Part shown: positions 1 through 30,302 of the stretch, piece by piece
How the letters are laid out: every line of letters starts with the position of its first letter
How positions within the stretch are numbered: position 1 is the first letter of the stretch
From: Bugula neritina
Taxonomy: Eukaryota > Animalia > Bryozoa
Direction: 5' to 3'
Assembly: GCA_964035545.1 (NCBI GenBank)
Contig: OZ037772.1
Location: forward strand, 4,654,233 to 4,718,232
Length of the DNA stretch: 64,000 nt
Position numbers and translations under genes: made by a program
Notes under the pieces: generated by a model
Told to the model about the DNA's origin: nothing
The model's input: the letters and a program-made list of their open reading frames with translations, nothing else
The model's database searches: none

Positions 1-1503
1 TTATAATATGTTTATCAAAGCTATAAGCCAGAATTAAGATAAAAATACACACATATTTACAACAGAAAGCAACATTCAATGAAAATATGCAGTACTGATG
101 ACATTATCAAATGATGTAAGTTGACAGCATTTTTATGCACAAAACATTTTACATTTATACCAAAGATATTCAGATTTACAACTTTCATTTGTTGAATTTG
201 CAATAAAAAGGATTTTTTTTATTTTTATGTTTTAAGTTTCTATGAAGTAAAACGTCAAAATAACGCACCAACTTAGGCCCCAGAATAACATGTTTCCATA
301 AAAATGTACTCGACATAATTTTTATTATATAGTTTCTTACTCTCTACGAAGAAAATTTTAGAACTGCTTGTACTGAGAAAAAAATAAACACTCCTCAATG
401 AATCAAAGTTATATACAAAGGAAAGATAACTTTAAGTCAGTGAACTTTTTGCATATAATAATATACTCATGCGGTGCTATAAATGCAAAGCTAAGAGTAA
501 TAATGTATCCTGTTATAAATACTGGAAACTAACTTTAAAGCAATGCTCACTCATGTATATTGTCTAGATACTAGGTCATTGTGTAAATTCAGTGTTTAGA
601 TTATTTATATCATCTCTGTAACTTGTTATGTAACAAGAAAATCTAACCCACAATACAGTTTAATATAATTATTGTGTATATATATGTCTCTCATTGAAAT
701 ATTATATTTTACAATAAAGGAAACATGTAATTTACTTGGTAAAATCAATTTTATTTTGTGTAAAAATAGTCTAGTTGAAATTAAAAAAACGCATATTATA
801 AATGATCTGAATCTGTTAAAACAAGCGCGATACATTGGCATCTTATTAAGATGTTTTAATTGAGGGCAATATCAGAATTAATTGATACTATATTAGAATA
901 ATATAATAATGTTGTATAGAAAATGTTAACAACTAAAAAAAACCGCTTTAAGTTCATGACAAACTCTAAATTTTGGATAATAGATCTTTAAAAAAATAAA
1001 ATAATTGGAATAGCTTATGATTATTACAAGTAAAAATACTTAGAACTAGTAAATACAGCAAAATTCAAACCAATAGACATCGTAAATACATTGTTTTCAC
1101 ACTGAAGAGTTTGGTTGACGGTTCAAACTTTGCATGATATGCAAATATGATTTATAAGTATGTTTCATTTATACAGTGAACAGTAAACATAAAAGTAGAT
1201 TGGAATGTCACAAAACATGCATTATTATGTGAAAGATGCAAGAATAAAAAACCCTTGTATATTATTATATGTCAAATCTTCAACTTTTGTAAGAAAACCT
1301 TCAGCATATAATAGGTACTTTTATATGAAATATTTAAATAGAGTGAAAATATAAAAATAAGTTACCGTTGTGATTTTAATGAAAAATGAGAAAAAATTGT
1401 AGTTAAATTAGTAATATAATGATTTTATTTTTTCTCATTACTATGATTCAAATGTGACAAATATTTAAGCTTTTAGAAGGAAAATTAACTATACGGCTGC
1501 AAT

Positions 1504-1699
<196 letters not shown>

Positions 1700-2865
1700 C
1701 AGGGTTGGGGTCAATTACATGTAAATGTAATTAATTACAATTACAATTACATGAAGATTTGTCAATTACAATTACAATTATAATTACAGTAAAAATAAAT
1801 GTAATTAATTACAATTACAATTACATGGCAATGTAATTAATTACAATTACAATTACTTTTGTTCTCACAAGGAATAAATAGAAGTCACTTCTAGGGTCTA
1901 GCTACCAGGGGCAGTGTTGACAGTGGTGAACCTCTTTTGTTTTCTACAGTGATACTATTATATCATTCCATACCAAATCAACCAACTTTCAAGGGGTCCC
2001 AAGTCTTTGTGTCTCAGATTTTGCTCATATTTACACTAAATGGACCTACACATGTTCAGATCACCATTCGTGAATATTTCTGGCCTGACACAAAAACACT
2101 TTGCGAAATTACTACTTTGGTGAACAAAGGTTGGAAAATATTTTGAGGAAAATTTGTGATTTATACTTTTAAACCAATTTATAAGTAATTTAAAATTTGA
2201 TTAGGCGAGTAATTGAAATTTTTCAAAATTTACAAAGATTTGTTCATATTCAATGACTTTGCATATATGCACACAAAGTATTCTGTAATATGTGTTGCTA
2301 CTAGTGCAAATTGATAGGTATTATCAAATCACACAGCAAATTTTAAGGCTCAGGCTAGAAAAATGATTGAGATATAGACGTTTATAGATTAGTCTAAAAG
2401 TAGAAATCACAAATTTTACTCAAAATGTTTCTCAACCTTTGTCCACAAAAGTAGTCAGTTCTCAAAAAAATTTGTGTCAGGTCAGAAATACTGAAGAAGA
2501 GTACTTGAGGCATGTGTAGGTCTATTTGGTGTAAACATGAACAAAATCTGAGACGCAAATAGACGCGTGCAATTCGGTGAGCTGGCATGGAATGACCCTA
2601 CTATATTGACCTAACTATCTGAACTTGTTATTTAACAGTAGGCATTGTAGAAAAAGAAGGAGTTTTTTAAGATTTAAAAGTTTGAAGTAATTGACATGTA
2701 ATTATAAAGTAATTGTAAAAATCAATTACATTAGATATGTAATTAATTACAATTACAATTACAATTACATTTTTAAGCCTCAATTACAAATTACATTCAA
2801 TTACTTGAAAAAATGTAATTAATTACAGCCAATTACAATTACAAATTACAATTACCCCAACCCTG
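1700..2865. mobile_element. Non-autonomous hAT-type DNA transposon (MITE) inserted in (TA)n
   Basis: Termini CAGGGTTGGGGT...ACCCCAACCCTG. 8-bp TSD ATACATAT at 1692-1699 and 2866-2873. Subterminal AATTAC repeats at both ends. No transposase ORF. Confidence 0.9.
1961..2598. mobile_element. Nested MITE with about 140-bp imperfect inverted termini
   Basis: Left tcattccatacc...gtctcagattttgctcatatttacactaaatggacctacacatg matches the reverse complement of right catgtgtaggtctatttggtgtaaacatgaacaaaatctgagac...atggaatgaccc. Ends are approximate. Confidence 0.75.
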
Positions 2866-3127
<262 letters not shown>

Positions 3128-3360
3128 ATTGAGATATTGAGATATTACGCTCTCATTTAATGCTCAGCAATGACATTAAATGATTGAGCACTTTCACCAT
3201 GGTCACAAACTCAAGCTGCTAGCATTTTGCAATGCTCGTGACTCCTAGGTGACCCCTAGAGTCACTCGAGCACTCTGGCTTGAGTTTACACACCTTTTAA
3301 ATATGCTTTAGTAAAACTATAAGTTTTACTATTGCGAAGGTGTGGGCCATGGTACTCTGT

Positions 3361-3407
3361 TCTGTGCTGATGAGGGGACAGATCCCGAAACAGCTGCTGT
3401 CCACAGA
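3361..3407 (+). ncRNA. Type I hammerhead ribozyme, copy 1 (predicted cleavage after C3401)
   Basis: TCTGTG (stem I) CTGATGA GGGGACAGATCCC (stem II) GAAA CAGCTGCTG (stem III) TC^ CACAGA (stem I'). All core nucleotides and the GUC triplet are present. Confidence 0.92.
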
Positions 3408-3631
3408 TTGAGATATTACGCTCTCATTTAATGCTCAGCAATGACATTAAATGATTGAGCACTCTCACCATGGTCACAAACTTAAGCTGCTAGCATTTTG
3501 CAATGCTCGTGACTCCTAGGTGACCCCTAGAGTCACTCGAGCACTCTGGCTTGAGTTTACACACCTTTTAAATATGCTTTAGTAAAACTATAAGTTTTAC
3601 TATTGCGAAGGTGTGGGCCATGGTACTCTGT

Positions 3632-3678
3632 TCTGTGCTGATGAGGGGACAGATCCCGAAACAGCTGCTGTCCACAGA
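3632..3678 (+). ncRNA. Type I hammerhead ribozyme, copy 2 (predicted cleavage after C3672)
   Basis: Identical to copy 1. Confidence 0.92.
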
Positions 3679-3902
3679 TTGAGATATTACGCTCTCATTT
3701 AATGCTCAGCAATGACATTAAATGATTGAGCACTCTCACCATGGTCACAAACTCCAGCTGCTAGCATTTTGCAATGCTCGTGACTCCTAGGTGACCCCTA
3801 GAGTCACTCGAGCACTCTGGCTTGAGTTTACACACCTTTCAAATATGCTTTAGTAAAACTATAAGTTTTACTATTGCGAAGGTGCGGCCCATGGTACTCT
3901 GT

Positions 3903-3949
3903 TCTGTGCTGATGAGGGGACAAATCCCGAAACAGCTGCTGTCCACAGA
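3903..3949 (+). ncRNA. Type I hammerhead ribozyme, copy 3 (predicted cleavage after C3943)
   Basis: Same core, with a single change in loop II (CAGA to CAAA). Confidence 0.92.
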
Positions 3950-3969
3950 TTGAGATATAAATATATATA

Positions 3970-4004
<35 letters not shown>

Positions 4005-4743
4005 CAGTACTATATAAGTAATGTGTGTGGCCTTTTTATGTACTCCAACTGATTGAACCTAACTTCTCAAATAAAATACAATTTACAAAACAACTTCATC
4101 TCACGCAGGTCATATATGCACAATATATCTAGTTGATTGCCTCATATAATCTTAATTAGCTTTCTGAGTGCACGGCAAGAAAAGCTGTTGTATAGACAGG
4201 GATATAATGTATATTATATATCATGAATAATTGAAATGAACTTGCTTAAAGTCATGTTGGAGTTACTTGCACCTGTGTGGTAATCCACTGAATAAGTTCG
4301 TCTACAGACAAGTTATTTACAACTTCTGGTCCAGCAGAGAAGGCTTTTAGCAACCAGACTTACATGTAACTTGAACGGAAGCTAATTAGGTGTAAGAACA
4401 GAATAAAACTTTTGCTAACGCAAATAAGCTGTATATTAGATAGTAGAATAGCAACACAACTTTGATATGGTAAAATATGTTGTATAAATTTCATTACTGA
4501 TAATTAACATATTATAATAATGCATATAAGCAGTGCAATTTCTGTTGAGTATATAATAATATACAGAAATATAATTACGATGTGAATGATATACACATTA
4601 TAATATACTTGACACTATCATGAGTGTGTGTATTGGTGAATTCTCTAGAATAAAATTATATACAGTCAGTGATCACAAATATTATCCATTTTATGTCCCA
4701 GTACCTCACTGAGCTGATTATTAGTAAACTGTAGCTGATAAAT

Positions 4744-11378
<6,635 letters not shown>

Positions 11379-11477
11379 TATACTTTGCAAATGCTCTAAG
11401 AAAACAAGTTTCAATTGAAGTTATGAGGTAAACACCATTATATTTACAAGCAATCTTTATTTGGTTATACAAATTGC

Positions 11478-11700
11478 TTGCCTTTATAGAAATTTGAACC
11501 AGAGACCTGCGGCCTACAAGCTGACATGCCAACCATTACACCAAAAGGGCTGCTAGCTAAGCTCAATGCTATAGGGAGCCATATTAAAACTTCCATAATC
11601 TTTCGAAGCTTTCAAACTGCTAGCTTAATTTTGATAAATGAAGTTACTAAGTGTTCAACCTACCTGCTAGTTGTCAGTGTGCCGCAAAATGTTAGCCAAT
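11478..11700 (-). mobile_element. Repeat with a tRNA-derived (Pol III box A/B) cassette
   Basis: Minus strand GCCCTTTTGGTGTAATGG...GGTTCAAAT. Upstream TTGAG...CAGCCC and GGCTAACATTT are shared with the copy at 60591-60890. Confidence 0.55.
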
Positions 11701-14700
11701 ACACAAATGACTGTAAATAATGATGTTGTGCTGTTATAGATAAAGGGGCGGGTATGTTATGAGTCACCTGACATACAATAACCATGTAATGTCATGATTT
11801 AGTACAGTGGCTGTTGTTATCTAAACATAATAATGTTATCAGTGTTTACACATTATTGTCTCTATCTAATTTCAGTACTAAATATCAAGGACAGATTGTG
11901 CTCTAAACTAGGAATTATAGTTTCTATATTCTTCAGTTATGTAACAATAGTTTGTGTGATATGAATATGGTATATTTTTTCAAGTATAAATTTTCTGCAT
12001 TTTCTTAAATGTATGTTATGAAAAATTTGGTTCTACTTCTTTTATAAATTACAATGAATGTATAGCAGATCGATCATATTCCTGAGTTTTTTGCTTATAG
12101 CATGTACAGCAGTAATTTTCATTCTATATTGTATTAAATGTGTTGTATTACAAAAGTTTACTATGACACTATCCTAAAAACTGATGTAATGTAGAAACTC
12201 CTGGTTGAATGTAGAATCTGACTAGAGAATGACACTTGACAAAAATCTCTTACCTTAGCAGACACTCTGTGAATTAGGGAAGAATCAAATGAGTGACAGG
12301 TAACTCATAGTAGCTGTTGAAACTTCAGAGAAAATGAATTTGTAAACAGAAACTGTGCTTTGCCTAACGCCAGCTCCTAATAACACAGCAAATTTTGGCG
12401 TTAAATGATTGGTTTTCTTATATCCCAGTAAAATTTATATTCCTTTCTTTGGAAAGTTACAGTCTCTCTATCAGAGTATGTAAATGCTAAATGGAAGTCA
12501 ACTATTCTACTTATTAACCAACTTAGCTGTGCCAGTGTTCCTACAGCATGTGATGTAGTGTTAATATGTGTGGGCTCTCAGGTGACATACCCTAACTCTA
12601 GTATAAATAGTCTAGTCATGTGATATTAACTTCAGGCTACATTATATCACATGAGCATGTTTATCTCAAATATTATATCTATATTAAACACTATATATAA
12701 TGATAAGAAATGTCAAACTATTAATAAAGTTTGTTTAGTACTTGAATTGCGACAAATTTTAGATAACAGTTTTTCAATTAGAGTTGCTCTGTAGATAAAA
12801 ATTACCTATCGTGTGAAACTACACTGTAAATTTTTTCTCAAATCAACTTACTAAGAGCAACCTACAGTATATATTATTCACTTTTGCTATGGTTAAACAT
12901 GTAATCAGCAGTATTTCACATTTGTAATGTAAACTTAGTTCCGTATGGTTCCATGCAATCTAGCTTCATGAGCAAGCTATAAAATGTATGCAAAAGACTT
13001 TTAATAATGCATTACAGTTGAGGATAAGTCATCTGATGAAATCGATTATACAACAGCTAAAATGTGTTGCCATCTTTCTCTTTCTAATATGTTGTCATGC
13101 ATTTAGTATAACAAAATGGCTCGCTTTAAATACAAGAGTCTAACTCTGTTAATGATATAGACCAGGACTTGAGTTTAATCATAATATTCAGGCTGCTACA
13201 GGGAAGTGTGTATTATAATAAGCAAACACAAAATTACTATTTTATGTTATGATTTCGTTAATATATATTAGCAAATAATATCAGTTTTTCCTTCTTCCCA
13301 TTTATATAGCTTTATCCCTTTCCTTCATTATAGATTATGTTCCTCAATTTATATAAATTATTATAGGAGTTGTACCCTTTCACACTAATTATAGAAAAGT
13401 TGCTCATTAAGCTCTCAGGAGTAGACTGTGGCACGTTTACAGATAATCTAATTTCATTGTCCACACTATAACAAGTCCTTCCGAGAATATGGAGTGGTTT
13501 CAGCAAACATCTGGATGTGAGGATTAAGTAGAAGCTGACACTTATATATACAACACAATGTGTTTGTTAATGATTTTTCCTCCCCGAAGCTTCGATTGAT
13601 GAGCTATTAATTGTTGAGTCACTACTAAAAACTTTTTGACTCCATATTATAGATTGAGGTTTCAAATTAGCAGGTTTTGAATATGCTAGTCTCCACTGTA
13701 ATTAATTAGATCTCTTTGACTTTTTATGATTCTACCACTAAATAATGTTAGCACCACTAAAAGTAGCATGCTACTGAAAACATTGACAAGCTGCTCATTG
13801 TTGAGTTGCTCATAAAAATTTATTGACTTCCTTTTATGGATCGAAGTTCTAAATAAAGAAAATTTGAATAAATAGTTAATTGTTGTCAATTACACATCAC
13901 AATAATGCTTTATATTGTTTGAATAAACTCTGTTGGTTGATAAAACATTATTATGGGATTGAGAGCTTTAAAGTCTGGCTATACATACTCGTGAGAATCA
14001 CATGAGTCATGTGACAATTTTGTATGGTATCCTCTCAATGCTGACCCGCCACATGCTTGTTGAACAAATCAATACATAAAAAAATATTCTGAGAGAATGG
14101 GTCTTGCAACACAAGATAAAACCACTCTAGCTGCTACCTGTCAAACTAGTTTTGAGGATGGCTCTAGTTTCTATATTTGTTCACATGGTAACAAGCCATT
14201 AAATTACAATATCACACTGGTGATTAAACATATCTCTCTTGTTATTAGCATTAATAAAAAAGTGTATGATGAGGACAATTCTTCATTTATACCATTCCAC
14301 TATTTTGCAGTTTCTGTAGCCAGAACTCGCAAAACATCATCTCAATTGTTAGGTTCAACTGTTGTTGTGTGTTTATAATCAAAGTAAGATTTGTCCGACA
14401 GGCATCTCCGTAACCAAACTTCATTTATGATATTCTATTGTTGAAAAACACCAAACCGGGCAGCAAAAAACAGGAAACATGATATAACTGTAATAATAAT
14501 TGTTGTTAAAATTCTTTTGACCAATCAAGTGGTACTTATTATCAACTACGCTTTTTTTTCTATCATCTTAGCTGTGTGCACTTAGTGAACACAATTTCAT
14601 ACGGATTCTTTCAAATTTAATTGTATGTCTTGTCGTTTCCTGTAAATTATAGACTATATCTTGTGATTCTTATGAGTGTGTGCCCAGCCTTCACTGTAAA

Positions 14701-15183
14701 TACTGGCAGAATGGCTGATCACACATGCTTAGTAGACAATCCAAACTCATAATGAATATGACTCATTAGAGAAAGTATGTATAATTTGTAAATATCACTT
14801 TTAAAAGAAACCATACATAAGTATATCAACTTTTGTAAAAAAGCTGTTTTAGATTTGTCAGTGCATAACCTAGCTCAGCAGTAATATTTTGAAAAAATCA
14901 ACAATAAACACACTTTATTAGGTAATACCTAATGACTACATATAGTTGTTTTATATTACCTAATGAAGTTATACAATTTACTTCACTATATATTAAATAT
15001 TGATATTGAGTTATAAAGTGAAAGAAATTGCAAAACTAAAATTACTAATCAACATCAAATACTGCATATAAGCAGTGCAGCTGTCCTGTGGTACATATGA
15101 ATATTTACTGAAGTACAATCACACTGTAATTGAAATACACAATATATTATATCTGACACTATCATGAGTGTGAGTTTTGATGA

Positions 15184-15455
15184 ACTCCCCGACACACTTT
15201 GCTAAAACGTCAAACATAATGTCAAATATCAGTTCTCAAAGCCTGCTATTTGGTATGATTTATGACACCTCATTGATTCATATCCAATGAGTTGACATGA
15301 ATGCCTCTCCATCCAATAAGAGCGCAGCGTTTTTTGATTAGGCAGTTTTTGATATTTAAAGTACCGTGACGTCGCACGGTCAGCCCATAGTTTTTTTAAA
15401 AATTGCTAAAATTTGACGTTACCCTCGATGTTACCGCAAGATGTGTCTGAGGAGT
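15184..15455. mobile_element. Short TIR MITE just 3' of paralog 2
   Basis: ACTCCCCGACACACTTTGC...GCAAGATGTGTCTGAGGAGT imperfect TIR. Absent from the homologous 3' flank of paralog 1 near 4640. Confidence 0.65.
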
Positions 15456-15557
15456 CATGTAATGAACACAATTTGTTGCCAGTGATTACAGAAAAACTGT
15501 CCAGTTTACTATGTGTACCTCACTGAGCTGAGTATTAGTAAACTGTAGCTGATATAT

Positions 15558-26879
<11,322 letters not shown>

Positions 26880-29800
26880 CTTGATTGTAGGAACAAAGAT
26901 TCTGCAAAACATACACATATACCCATAGCATATCTTTTTACAGTATATCTATGAAAGGTTGTTTTTCACCTTGAACCAGTCAAGAAACCGAGCTACTAAG
27001 TTCTAAGTCTCAACCAGATTATCAGCAACAAACCACACATTAAGATATAAAAATATGTTAAACAAAGCTGCTCATGCAGTAATATATCTGGTATGCGGGA
27101 TTGTGAAATAGAATAATTAGTATTATAGCTAAATATTCATTGAAGCAAACAGTGTGCTTATAGCTCACAAAAATCATATCAATCTTTCAGCTTCCAATGA
27201 GACTGTGTCAGTTCTGTTGCAATTTCAGTCCATTGTCACATTTCAAGCCCTATATGTATTATAATATAATACATACAATAATACAATTTCACAGTAAGGG
27301 TGAATACACGTCATATTATGACGTTTATTCACCCTCATTGTGAAATTTATAAAATCTATAAAACAACGTTGTGTGATGTACATAGCTATAATAGTATTCT
27401 GCTCTGTATAATCAATGTATCATATGACAAGGAAAGGGGCCATGCCAGGTTTCTATTTTGTTCTACTATAACACCTACTATTACATAAGATTTGAGTGTA
27501 ACTTAAATGTTTATAATAAACAACCGATCGATGTCTGAACATATCACTTATAATAGATAAGTAAAACTACGTTCATCTAGCCAATTTACTTGTAACAAAG
27601 AGCAAGAAATGTGGAGAAATTATACAATGCAAATTATAGTAAGCCCAAAACTCGTCTCATTTGAAGAATATCAAAATATTTGAGTAAATTAAAAATACTA
27701 AAAAATTCTTTCTTTTAATGACACAAGTGATGTAGAGATGGAGTCACTGCAAATATTGCACTTGGAAGAGCGTAGTATATGATTATTATGTATACAACCA
27801 GTATAAACTTACAAATATAAATATTGATGGTACAGTTATATTACTCACATCAGATGTTGAGATGATCAAGAGTCAGAATGTGCAGGCTGTATGTAGACTG
27901 AATGACTGCCAAATGCTGATTATATTAATTCAAATTACATGATTTGTTTAGGTTTAAAAATTGATAGAATGAGGCTTTTGTGTTTCACAACAAATTATTC
28001 ATTCATTATAATTATGCATTGCATGATTGCAGTTAATTTGTCAATATACATAACAATCAGAGCAGGAGGTTGAAATAATAACTCTATATTGATACTAAAA
28101 ACTAAATATATAACCTATACATATGTTGTTTTATGTGCCTAACAACATAATTGTAATAATACAAAAGAGCTATGCATAGCGACAAAGCTAATGGCTCAGT
28201 CACACTGCCCATCAGTATTATGAAGACTCTGACCCAAACTGGGATATAATAGTTCATGCAATAAATAATGATGAAATTTTAAAAAAGGAAATTCAGACAG
28301 TTGGAGACAAAGCACAATAACAGTACAGTGAGAAAGCAAATGTTCTCCTTTACAACAATAAAGAAAGTTCCCACCTAACCCAGCTTTTGACTAAAACTGA
28401 GAACTAAAACAGACAACTAGTAATATTGTATCTACAGTCTTTAGTACACAGCAAAATATGTTTTGTTTGCGTATATCCTACAGAACATTTCAGAGTGTTG
28501 GATAAAGAGTCAATTCTGGTATTTGTGGCATTACAGAACGAGTAGGAAATTATACCTATAAGGGAGGTAATATATATATAGTACTGCTAGAAGAAAACAG
28601 TCATCATGATGCTTGTGTCAGAATGTCCCAAGATATGTATATAAGGAGTGTATAGCATGTCTGCAGCAGTCGCGGGGAGAGAAGATATCAGTATAGAAAT
28701 ATATAAGTATGCAAGACAACTTGGCTTCAAGCGCCTTTTATTATCCCTAATTATAGAGACGATGACTTCTAGTAAAAAAAAGATAAAGCCCCATGACCAT
28801 GCATAAAATATTGTTGGCAGACTACCAGGGGTTGCTAATTGCTAACTACACACCCATCATGAAGACGAGACTAAAAAATGCTCTTTAAAGCAAGAGTCTC
28901 GAACCGAGCTAATGAAATATTGAGCACAAGCACAGACTAGTACCACAGCTAAGTTCAGAATGAAATTAATAAAGCTAGCAAGTAGGAAGATGTTGAGCTT
29001 TCACAGATAAAGTCATTGAAATGCTTGGTATAAAAAACAATTCAACCCATAAATAACGGGCAATGCAATCAAGGAGTAGAGAAAAAATCGGAAGACAAGT
29101 TACAAAACGGGTTTCAACATATTCGCAAGATGCTGATGTATAAATATTCGACTAACATTTTTTTATTGCAACAAGATGTGTCTGCTGACACAGCACTTAG
29201 TATATCAAGTAAATTCTCTAAAACTAAGATTTTGCAATACATTTGTAGAATTATAGCCTGGAAAAGTAACAACTAAATTGAGAATAAAGAATAACTAAAA
29301 AGTAGCAGGGGTAACTTAACGATGTGACCATGTAGATGAGGAAGAGAAGACTGTAATGGTATGTGTATGTATGCAGAAGAGGCAAAGCAGAGGACATGAA
29401 CAGAGTAGGCATCATCAGTTCTATTCAAGAAAAAAGAACAGCTAGGAGAAGGAACTAAATGGTACCATCAAATTATATATGAAAGCATGAAAATTGAATT
29501 GGACACGATAAGTGACAAAGTTGGATATATTGGAGATGACTATACAGAACCCTGTTACCCACAATGACTGAAATGGATGCGATGAAAATACGCGGAAAGA
29601 TTTCTTTAGACTTAGGTTTCTAGGCTGTAAACAATGTTTTTAATATGTTTTTACAACTTTTTAGCAGCTAACTTTAGCTGTTATATATTGTAATTTTATG
29701 CAATCCAATTATTTTCACAACCATTTGAATCCACAATCTAGACAGAAAAAGATTTCTTTAAAAAAGAGCTTTTCATACGTTTGCAGCAAAGCAACTTAAG

Positions 29801-30302
29801 CACATTGATTGAAAAATTGTATTTTATTGTAGTTTTATATAATAAATATTTGTGCGTTTATATTTGCATACATAATTGATAGTTTTGCAACTGATAATTA
29901 AACTCTTGCAAAAAACGTAATAAATGAGTTTTTTGTAAGCAAAAAAACAATGTCCCTTTGATTATAAGTTTATAGTTCAATGGTAACACACTAAAATATG
30001 AATTACCAATACATTTCAAAAAAGTCAAATGCAACAGATTTTCTCTAAAATTGCTACCAGAGCCTTATAAAATGTATATGTTAATGCTTGCTGAAATTAT
30101 TATGATACTCTTTTCTAGAGGTTATTATTTACTGGCAGTACCATTGTGTAACGCAAAATACACGTAATTATAGAAATAATGACATTAGCCATTAATAGAA
30201 AAGTTTCACTATTTCAATATTTCTAAACTTTTACACCATGGTTAAAGCAACTCAAGGATCATGTCACCCTATCTTCCAATTAGTATTGTAATTGAATTAT
30301 AT

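Larger units (their letters stand above)
3136..3958 (+). mobile_element. Retrozyme-like tandem array: 3 x 271-bp units, each with a type I hammerhead ribozyme
   Basis: Period 271 (TCTGTGCTGATGA at 3361, 3632, 3903). Units differ at only a handful of positions. No ORF. Flanked on both sides by (TA)n. Confidence 0.9.

Noticed and set aside
3136-3958. CRISPR array or ordinary satellite interpretation of the 271-bp repeat
   Set aside because: There are no unique spacers or cas genes and the context is eukaryotic. The hammerhead core explains the unit.
28480-29570. Purine-rich, coding-like stretch on the plus strand between paralogs 2 and 3
   Set aside because: Stops occur in all frames tried and no motif was recognisable. 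It is probably an old TE or pseudogene relic. BLASTx/HMM search would be needed to decide.
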